Below, piece by piece: positions 28,718-36,478 of a DNA stretch of 64,000 nt (positions within the stretch are counted from its first letter, which is position 1; the number at the start of each line of letters is the position of its first letter). Both the position numbers and the translations under genes were made by a program. This stretch comes from Myxococcota bacterium (GTDB lineage: Bacteria; Myxococcota_A; SURF-8): contig OZ223209.1 in assembly GCA_965140415.1 (NCBI GenBank), forward strand, positions 672,001 to 736,000. Direction: 5' to 3'. Under the pieces are notes generated by a model. The model saw only the letters and a program-made list of their open reading frames with translations, was not told the DNA's origin and did not search any database.

Positions 28718-30205
28718 ATGGGTAATTGGGGCCTTCTACGTTTGTCGATCGCAGTTGGGATCGTCATGTTCTGTATGGTTATCGAGCCAACACAGCCCTT
28801 GGCTCAAGAGAATTCCGGCAATGTTGCACAGAACCCCGAAATGTCTTCCACAACGGAGACTCCTGCGGCTTCTGAACCGGTGGCATCGACGGAAGCGGCA
28901 CCTGCTCCTGAGCTGGTGAATACTGATGAAACAGCTGCTCCTGAGCCGGTCGAAGCAACGCCTGTTGCGGAACCTGAAACGTCTCCAAGCGTTGAGCCCA
29001 CGGTCGCTCCGACGGAGCCGGAAAGCGTCGAAACGGCGAAACCGGAAGACACGGAAAAGAAGCTGGATTACAAGGCCGGGCAGCAACTTGTCAACCGTTC
29101 GGTGCGGGAATTCTTTGACGGTCAAACCCATGCAGCCTGGAAGTATCTCCGTCCTTACCTGCTGCTTAGAACCGGTGTCATATACGAGCAGTTCGATGAA
29201 ACCAACGTCGTGCTGCGTCGTGCGGGTTTCAAACTCTTCGACGCCCAGCTCGGCTTCCGTAGCGCCATGGACCCCTTCCCGATTTCAAAAAACTGGGACT
29301 TTGAACTTGCTTATAAGTTCACTGCCAGCTTCGCCTCCGGCGCGTCGGTATCGGATGCATATATCGAAGCGGCGATTAAAAATTACTGGTTTACGCCACG
29401 GCTGCGCATAGGATATCAGAAGGTTCCCTTCATGTGGGCCGAATTGCAGAGCGACAGCGAACTGTATTTCTACGACCGCCCGCAGTATGCGCGCCCCTAC
29501 GGTGCGAAATATGCCTCCTTCGAAATAGGTCTACATCGTAACGCCGGTGCCGGGCTGAAGCTGGGCTTTTTCGACGAAGTTTTCTGTGTCGAAGGCGGAA
29601 TCTATTATCCCAGCAATCCCAAAGAGGAAAACTGGGGAGTCGGTATCGTCGCGGTGCGAGCCGAATTGGATACGAAAAAGCTGATTCATGACAAGGTGCG
29701 CATCGAAGCCGGTGCGGGATATTATCGCCAGGAAAAGATGGCGCAATATTTCGAAAACAGCCGCGAAGCCGTTGCGGTGGACGCCCGCCTGCACGTATAC
29801 GGAGCCTTTATCGGGGGTGAATGGGTACTGCACGAAATGAACGACGGTGTCAACAATAAGGAATACCGCCGACTGAGTTACAAGAACAACTACACTCATG
29901 CCATGGGATACCAGGTTTTCGCGGGCTACTCTTTTCCGAACCGGGAATACGAACTTGCCGTGCGTTACCAATGGTACGACCCGGATGATACCAACCTGAT
30001 CATGCCGATACCGCAAAGCGCCAACCAGGCATTGCGCTGGGTCACGGCAAGCGTTAGTTGGTGGCCGATCGATCTGCTGCGTATTATGGTCAATTACACG
30101 CACAAGCAGGAACTCGAAGCCGCTGAAACCACAGAATATTCGGAAGAACGCTTAAAGGATCTCAAGAACGACGAAGTGATCTTGCAGTTGCAGCTTCTGC
30201 TGTAA
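28718..30205 (+). CDS. Outer-membrane beta-barrel, phosphate-selective porin (OprO/P)-like, with Pro/Ala/Glu/Thr-rich N-terminal linker
   Basis: Signal peptide, low-complexity linker, GFKLFDAQL, DAYI, RIGYQKVPF, amphipathic strands, C-terminal LQLQLLL. Confidence 0.65.
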   Translation: MGNWGLLRLSIAVGIVMFCMVIEPTQPLAQENSGNVAQNPEMSSTTETPAASEPVASTEAAPAPELVNTDETAAPEPVEATPVAEPETSPSVEPTVAPTEPESVETAKPEDTEKKLDYKAGQQLVNRSVREFFDGQTHAAWKYLRPYLLLRTGVIYEQFDETNVVLRRAGFKLFDAQLGFRSAMDPFPISKNWDFELAYKFTASFASGASVSDAYIEAAIKNYWFTPRLRIGYQKVPFMWAELQSDSELYFYDRPQYARPYGAKYASFEIGLHRNAGAGLKLGFFDEVFCVEGGIYYPSNPKEENWGVGIVAVRAELDTKKLIHDKVRIEAGAGYYRQEKMAQYFENSREAVAVDARLHVYGAFIGGEWVLHEMNDGVNNKEYRRLSYKNNYTHAMGYQVFAGYSFPNREYELAVRYQWYDPDDTNLIMPIPQSANQALRWVTASVSWWPIDLLRIMVNYTHKQELEAAETTEYSEERLKDLKNDEVILQLQLLL

Positions 30206-30232
30206 TCGCCTCGTAAGTTAGGAGGATTACCT

Positions 30233-31612
30233 ATGAAACAGATCATCATGCTTTTCATCTTGTTGACGTTGCCGCTGGCTTTCTGTTCCAGCGCCCAGGC
30301 TGAACTGAAAAAAGGTCCGTACCTGCAAAAACTGACGAAGACGTCGGTTACCGTGGTTTGGGAAACCACCAACGATGCCGCCGGGGCTGTGGAATGGGGG
30401 GCGGACGAATCGCTGGGAAATCGCGTGGAAGCCGGTGCATCGAGTATGCACGAAGTTTCCATTGAAGGTTTGCAGCCGGATACTGCGTATTATTACAAGG
30501 TTTCCAGTGGTGGAGAGGAAACCCAAACCTACGAGTTCTGGACTGCTCCGGAAGGCAACGTTCCCGTCCGCTTTGTGGCTTACGGCGATTCCCGCTCGGG
30601 AGAGAACGATCATCGCCGCGTGATATCGCGCATCATGGAAGAAGATCCGGACATCTACAGCAATAGCGGTGATATCGTCCCCACCGGTGAGGACGAAGTC
30701 GGCTGGCAGACGCATTTCAATGTCGAGCGCGACATCATGGCCACCCGTCTGATGCTGCCGGCAATCGGCAATCATGATGTCAATGGTCTGAATTTCGAGC
30801 AGTATAAAAAATATTTCGTGTTGCCGACCTACGCCGACGGTGAAAACAGTGATTACGAGGAAAATTATTACTATGCGGACTGGGGCCCGGTGCGCGTCAT
30901 CACTTTGGACACGACACTTGCGCCGCTTAACTTGGGTAGCCCGCAATACAACTGGTTGATCCAGACCTTGGAAGACGCCAAAAACAATGATTACACACTA
31001 CACGTCTTCATCAACACGCATATCGGTCCCTACACCGCCAAAGCCGGACGCAGCGGCAGTCAATACCTGCGGGCGCTGTCTCCGACCTTAGTGGAATACG
31101 ACGTGCGCGCGGTGATCTCCGGTCACGACCACCATTATTACAGGGCAACCGATCCCAACGGATTACATGTCATCGTTACCGGTGGCGGCGGCGCGGGTCT
31201 GTATGACTGCGATCCCAAACCGGATTTCGGCGTGATCAATCATGCCTGCGAAAAAACGTTCAACTACGTCGTGTTCGACATCAACGGCAAGTACGTCAGC
31301 GCGACCGCCAAAGATTCCGAAGGCAATGTCCTGGAAACGTTCGAATGGGAAGGCTTGAAAGAGCCGAAAAGCGTCGTTACTCCGGATGGCGATGACACCG
31401 TACCGGTGGTGGATGGCGACGACAGTATCGATGTTCCCGACGGTGACACCAGCGGCACCGGTGAAGTGGCGCCCTACGATCCTGAATACGGATTCGCCGG
31501 TTGCCAGCATACCGACAATAGCCTGTCGGCTGGATTGTTACTGGTTGCATTGTTTGCAATCACCCTCTGGCGCAGACGGCGCACCGGGGCGCAAGCCATT
31601 CGCCAGCGGTAA
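30233..31612 (+). CDS. Secreted purple-acid-phosphatase-family metallophosphoesterase with Fn3 domain and C-terminal sorting signal
   Basis: GPYLQ start, GLQPDTAYYY (Fn3), metal ligands GDSR, GDIV, GNHD and GHDH; tail AGC-spacer-TM-RRRR. Confidence 0.88.
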   Translation: MKQIIMLFILLTLPLAFCSSAQAELKKGPYLQKLTKTSVTVVWETTNDAAGAVEWGADESLGNRVEAGASSMHEVSIEGLQPDTAYYYKVSSGGEETQTYEFWTAPEGNVPVRFVAYGDSRSGENDHRRVISRIMEEDPDIYSNSGDIVPTGEDEVGWQTHFNVERDIMATRLMLPAIGNHDVNGLNFEQYKKYFVLPTYADGENSDYEENYYYADWGPVRVITLDTTLAPLNLGSPQYNWLIQTLEDAKNNDYTLHVFINTHIGPYTAKAGRSGSQYLRALSPTLVEYDVRAVISGHDHHYYRATDPNGLHVIVTGGGGAGLYDCDPKPDFGVINHACEKTFNYVVFDINGKYVSATAKDSEGNVLETFEWEGLKEPKSVVTPDGDDTVPVVDGDDSIDVPDGDTSGTGEVAPYDPEYGFAGCQHTDNSLSAGLLLVALFAITLWRRRRTGAQAIRQR

Positions 31613-31672
31613 GTATTGCGAACGGAAATCAACGAATTACGAACTAATAGTAGTGTAGGTAAGGACGGAAGC

Positions 31673-33865
31673 ATGAACGCAAGTATGAGCCGGGTTTGGG
31701 TAAAACGAACCCTGATTTCGCTGTTGGTATTTGGATGGGTCTGTTCCGGTTGTCACAGCAATGGAAAAATTACTCAGACAGACGGCGATGTGGATGGAGA
31801 GCTTACGGAAAGTCAAACGGAGGCGGCTTCGTTGGAAGTTTCCAAATGGTTTTCCGGCAATGGCTCCGTGCTTGCCAAAGATGCCGATGGACGCCTGGTT
31901 TCCGTTTCCAAGGCTGGGTTGGTGATTCTGGATACCCAGGGTACGCCTGCCGATTTTTCCGATGACACCAAGACGGTTCATACAGAATTGACCGACGAAA
32001 ACTGGCCGTCCGGTACCGTGCTGGATGCCTGTGTCGATGGTTCCGGCGCGATCTGGTTTGCGGAAAAAGCCGGTCTGTTCCGGTTGCCCGTAGCCGAAGA
32101 TGAAAACGAACCCGCCATCCAGCAAGCCGAAACGGAAGAAATCTTTACCGCCGGACGCGACGTGTTGCAGCTTATGTGTCTGCATGCAGGCGGTGGCGTG
32201 TGGGTTTCCACCACTTTCGGTTTCCTGGAAGTTGTACCGGGCGAGGCAGGAGACGATCCCTCCGCATGGACCATCACCGATCATCGCGACGAAGGTAGCG
32301 TACTTTCTCAACGTCCGCATTTCGCATCGTTGGATAGCGCCGACCGCTTGTGGGCCACGGTGTATGATGTCGATACCTACAAGCTGTTCGTCGATGTAGA
32401 TGGTACGGTTTCGGAAATCGCGTTTGGTTTTGCCGATCCGGCTCCCACCGCGCTGGTGGCGGACGGCGATCAGGGCGTGTGGGTGATGAGCGGCGAAGAC
32501 GCCTGGTATTTCTCGCATAATGGTACACCGGCGGATGCTTCCGACGATAGCTGGACCCAGCTTCCGGCTACGGGCGGCATCGAAGCGCATACTCTTATTC
32601 CCATTGGCTCGGGTCGAGCGCTGGTATATGCCGGAAACCTGCGCGACATGCATTTACTGGATACGCATGACACCGCTGCCGCCGATGACGATACCGTGGT
32701 GCTGTTGCCGTCATTGGGCATGGACGATCAGAACCGCCTCGTTTCCGCCGTGGCGCTGGATGATGCGGGGCTGTGGTTTTCCAGTGAAGCCGACTTCGGT
32801 CTGGCCGTATACGGAAACGATCTGGCCGCCGATGGCTGGACCTCTTCCCGCTTGATCGATCTTGGTTCCGCACCCGCCAATGACCTTGCAGGTTTCTCCG
32901 CATCCGGCGATCAAGTCTATCTCGGTGGACCTAATGGCGTCGTTACTGCCGGTTTGGCTGAAGAAGGGACAGATGCTTTTACCTTTTCCGCTTCGACGCT
33001 TGCCATTCCCGATAAAGCCACACCGTTCCATATTCTGTCCATCGCAGCCGTTTCCGGCGGTTTGGTCGTAGGCGGGGATATGCTGGCTTATATGGACAGC
33101 AATGGCGCGTTTTCGACCTGGGAGGCCAAGTCGCCCTCCAGCGTTTCGCTGATCGTTCCCGGTCCTAACGATGTGCTGTGGCTGACTTCCACCTTGCAAT
33201 CCATCGTAACGGTGATTTCATTTGCCGTATACGATTTCAACGGGACTCCCAAAAACGGGATGGACGATGAAACGGAGAAAATCGATACCGAGTACTTCGG
33301 CTTCAACGCCGGAGTTTCCGCCGATACCATGGCCTTTTTCGATGGCTGCAAGGCGCTGATCGGAAATTCGCTCGGTCTGCACTATTACGACTGCAACGGC
33401 ACGGCGATCGATCCTTCCGACGACATCGCGGAGACAGGGCTTTTGGACGGGGCCAAGCTGATCAAGCAGATCGAACATATCGGTGAAGGCAAGTTCTGGG
33501 TGACAAACCTGCAAGGACTACATTACCTGGATATGAAACAAACCGCCGATCCTGCTGATGACACCGTCGTCGATTATGAGCATCCCGGACAAGCCGCCAG
33601 TTTCGCCGTGGACAGCCAGGGGCGACTTATAACCTTCATTACCGGTGGTTTGTTGGTGCGCGATCCGGTGGACACTCCCGCCGATCCTTCAGACGATCTT
33701 GGAGCGCTTTTCCCGATGGACTGGACGACGACCGCCGTCGTACGGGTGGATGCCCAGGACGGATGGTGGTTCGGCAAAGGCGATGGCTCCGGCATCTATT
33801 ACGGCGAACTCCTGGACGGCGACCTGTTGCCTATCGAGCAGGTACTGACCGAAACGGCTCAATAA
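31673..33865 (+). CDS. Acidic beta-propeller lipoprotein with repeated GTPxDxSDD motifs
   Basis: Lipobox CSGC; DxxGxxW propeller-blade pattern; about 7 copies of the D-rich motif. Confidence 0.65.
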   Translation: MNASMSRVWVKRTLISLLVFGWVCSGCHSNGKITQTDGDVDGELTESQTEAASLEVSKWFSGNGSVLAKDADGRLVSVSKAGLVILDTQGTPADFSDDTKTVHTELTDENWPSGTVLDACVDGSGAIWFAEKAGLFRLPVAEDENEPAIQQAETEEIFTAGRDVLQLMCLHAGGGVWVSTTFGFLEVVPGEAGDDPSAWTITDHRDEGSVLSQRPHFASLDSADRLWATVYDVDTYKLFVDVDGTVSEIAFGFADPAPTALVADGDQGVWVMSGEDAWYFSHNGTPADASDDSWTQLPATGGIEAHTLIPIGSGRALVYAGNLRDMHLLDTHDTAAADDDTVVLLPSLGMDDQNRLVSAVALDDAGLWFSSEADFGLAVYGNDLAADGWTSSRLIDLGSAPANDLAGFSASGDQVYLGGPNGVVTAGLAEEGTDAFTFSASTLAIPDKATPFHILSIAAVSGGLVVGGDMLAYMDSNGAFSTWEAKSPSSVSLIVPGPNDVLWLTSTLQSIVTVISFAVYDFNGTPKNGMDDETEKIDTEYFGFNAGVSADTMAFFDGCKALIGNSLGLHYYDCNGTAIDPSDDIAETGLLDGAKLIKQIEHIGEGKFWVTNLQGLHYLDMKQTADPADDTVVDYEHPGQAASFAVDSQGRLITFITGGLLVRDPVDTPADPSDDLGALFPMDWTTTAVVRVDAQDGWWFGKGDGSGIYYGELLDGDLLPIEQVLTETAQ

Positions 33866-33889
33866 CCATAACCACCTGACGAAATAGCG

Positions 33890-33925
33890 AAAAACAGGAT
33901 CGGGATTGTGTCCCGGTCCTTTTTT
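33890..33925 (+). terminator. Rho-independent (possibly bidirectional) terminator
   Basis: A-tract, AGGATCGGGA-TTGTG-TCCCGGTCCT stem, then T-tract. Confidence 0.8.
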
Positions 33926-33959
33926 ATGTAGTCTTAAAAAAAATGAGAAGAGTCTATTT

Positions 33960-34142
33960 TATAGCGGGTGTAACTCATTTCTGTTTATCACGCAATCGTG
34001 ATGTGGCATGGTCTCACGGAGTGGAAATTCCGGGAGGCCGTGTGTAACCTTAAACCCCACACAGCCTCCCCATCTTCGATGGTGAGACTATGCCACACGT
34101 TATTGAAATCATTGGCTAAGTATGATTAATTGGACCCCTAAA
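33960..34142 (+). mobile_element. ~185-bp structured dispersed repeat, copy B (most diverged full copy)
   Basis: Starts TATAGCGGG; colinear with copy A, with compensatory substitutions in the stems. Confidence 0.8.
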
Positions 34143-34177
34143 AGCCAAGCACTTAGTAAACGATAGGATCAACACGC

Positions 34178-34888
34178 ATGATTCCACTGCGAGACAACAT
34201 CCCCAGTCAGCGTTTCCCCTTTGTGAACTACTCGCTGATCGGAATCAATATTTTACTATACGTCTACATGTACTGGATCGTGGGGGATGCACAGGCGGAA
34301 GCATTGATGTTCGACTACGGTGTGGTGCCGCGACGGGTGATCTCCTGGGTACTGGGGGCGGATGTCGGTTGGGATATTTCGTTGTTGCCGTTGGTAAGCT
34401 ACATGTTCATCCACGGTGGTTTCCTGCATGTCGCGGGTAACTGTTTATATCTGTACATCTTCGGGGATAACGTTGAAGATTATTTCGGCCATATCGGGTA
34501 TGTGTTCTTTTATCTGCTGGCGGGTATCGGTTCTGCGTTTATTCATCTTGCCATTAACTGGGACAGCACCATGCCGACTGTCGGTGCCAGCGGGGCCATT
34601 GCCGGAATCATGGGAGCGTATTTTATCCTCTACCCGCATGCTAAAGTCGTCACCATCGTGCCGATTCTGATTTTCATTCAGATTATGGAGATCCCGGCAG
34701 TGATTTTCCTTGGATTCTGGGTGTTTCTACAGTTCATTTCGCTGGGCGGGCAGGGCGTCGCATGGTGGGCGCACATCGGAGGCTTTTTCGTCGGCATTTT
34801 ACTGCTGCAACTCTACAACCGTTTCTTTCGCTTCAAGCCGCCCCGACCCCCTTCGGGTGGACCGCGCAAGGTGATTCATATCAATTAG
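34178..34888 (+). CDS. Rhomboid family intramembrane serine protease
   Basis: MFIHGGFLHVAGN, FGDNVED, VGASGAIAG (catalytic Ser) and AWWAHIGGF (catalytic His). Confidence 0.95.
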   Translation: MIPLRDNIPSQRFPFVNYSLIGINILLYVYMYWIVGDAQAEALMFDYGVVPRRVISWVLGADVGWDISLLPLVSYMFIHGGFLHVAGNCLYLYIFGDNVEDYFGHIGYVFFYLLAGIGSAFIHLAINWDSTMPTVGASGAIAGIMGAYFILYPHAKVVTIVPILIFIQIMEIPAVIFLGFWVFLQFISLGGQGVAWWAHIGGFFVGILLLQLYNRFFRFKPPRPPSGGPRKVIHIN

Positions 34889-35072
34889 AGTTAGGTAATA
34901 CTCATTTCTGTCCATCGAGAACTCACGATGTGCCATGGTCTCACGGAATGGAAATTCCGGGAGGCCGTGTGTAACCACAAGAAATAACACAGCCTTCCAC
35001 GATCTTCGATCGCGTAAGACTATGGCACACATTCTTAAAATTAGTGGCTAAAAATGATTAAGAACCGCTCTA
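34886..35072 (+). mobile_element. ~185-bp structured dispersed repeat, copy C
   Basis: TAGAG...CTCTA termini; begins at the rhomboid TAG stop; near-identical to copy A. Confidence 0.85.
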
Positions 35073-35079
35073 GACTCTG

Positions 35080-35832
35080 CTAAACCCTCTGCTGCATGGA
35101 TTCGGTGGCTTCCGCCTGCATGTCCATGACCGGTTGCAGGGCGAAAAGTTGTTCCATTTCTTGTTGATATTGTAGCATCAAGCTCTCTGCCGTACTATCC
35201 GGTAGCACGTAAATCGGATTACCGAAGCGTACTTCCACCTCGCCGGAACGAATGGCCAGGCTGCCTTTGGGCATCAGTTTCTGGCTGCCGACAATCGCTA
35301 CTGGCTGGATTGCACGACCGGAAAGCAGCGCCATATGGAAACCACCTTTTTTAATCGGAGCCAGCCGTTTGCCTTCCAGGTCGGAACGGGTGCCCTCCGG
35401 GAAGATCATGAAGTTCATGTTCGGTGCGATCTGGGAGATGGCGTCGTTCAAGATTTCCTGAGCTTGCTTGGCGTTTCTGCGGCTGATGAAAACCATGCCG
35501 ACCATGATCATACTCCAACCCAGGAACGGAATTTTCCCCAATATTCTTTTTGAAATGAATGCAAGCCCAGCCGGAATGGCGGTCATCAGAATTGGGATGT
35601 CGGCCTGTGAAAGATGATTGCTCATGTAAATCACCGGTTGGTCGAAATCGACTTTTTCCCGGTTTTGAACGTGAATTTTAACCATGAACAGCGCAATCAA
35701 TGTGCGCGCCCAAAACCGAACCATGATATACGCCCGGCGTTTGCTACGGCCAAAAAGACCGAACAGATAGACACAGGGTGTTAGAATAATAGTGACCATG
35801 CATAAAATAAACAGGCTGTATATCGCTCGCAT
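35080..35832 (-). CDS. plsC: 1-acyl-sn-glycerol-3-phosphate acyltransferase
   Basis: NHLSQAD, FISR, IFPEGTRS and KKGGF motifs. Confidence 0.9.
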   Translation of the reverse strand: MRAIYSLFILCMVTIILTPCVYLFGLFGRSKRRAYIMVRFWARTLIALFMVKIHVQNREKVDFDQPVIYMSNHLSQADIPILMTAIPAGLAFISKRILGKIPFLGWSMIMVGMVFISRRNAKQAQEILNDAISQIAPNMNFMIFPEGTRSDLEGKRLAPIKKGGFHMALLSGRAIQPVAIVGSQKLMPKGSLAIRSGEVEVRFGNPIYVLPDSTAESLMLQYQQEMEQLFALQPVMDMQAEATESMQQRV

Positions 35833-36104
35833 GACAGGACTCCAAATTAGTAATGGTTGTTTGAATTGCAGAGATTCGGAGCCTCGAAATATCTGTAACC
35901 GGTGTCTCGACAATCCATCGCGCATATCAGCTGTAAGGATTCGACAGTCCCTTCGGTTGAAAGCGCAAAGCGAACCCGAGGACTGACATGTCAGTCTATC
36001 TATTTGTAGATACATGTCAAGTTAGGAATTGTTGCGGATTGAAGAGTCAAAGAGTTGGCGACTTTCTCCTGCTGTGATTGCACAGTCATAGAGCTACAAT
36101 TTCA

Positions 36105-36132
36105 TTGACAATTTATGTCTCAATGCTATATT
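36105..36132 (+). promoter_or_regulatory. Sigma70-like promoter (extended -10)
   Basis: TTGACA, 16-bp spacer, TG-c-TATATT, about 350 bp upstream of CDS 36479. Confidence 0.45.
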
Positions 36133-36478
36133 GATGGCCTTTTTTAGGGTTTGTTGTTGCGAGAACGAGGCCGTATCGAGCTGGAGCGAACTACAGTCGT
36201 TGTGAATCACAACGGCGAAAATGATTTTCAATGAACCCGTAGAATCTCAACAGGGCAGGGCTGATTTTATTCGAGCACGAGGATGGCCAAGGCCAATCGC
36301 GGCTCGATCGTTATTGATAGCTGTATCTCAAACGGATACAATAGGCGCATTCTCCGGCGCTATTCAGGTTGATGAAACCACGCGCCGGGAGACGACTGTA
36401 GAGCGTCGCAGTTCCGATGGGCTGCTGGATGCTCGTGCAGTTAACCTTTAGTAGTAACCATGAAGGAACGAGCTGGAA

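Noticed and set aside
34178-34888. Rhomboid as the dedicated sorting enzyme for the GC-TM-RR tails
   Set aside because: It looks like the widespread MIPLRD-type rhomboid and is separated from the phosphoesterase operon by a terminator; proximity alone is insufficient
35945-35990. c-di-GMP-I riboswitch (GAAA...GCAAAG words)
   Set aside because: The two-stem P2/P3 arrangement and 5' GGCAAA element could not be built
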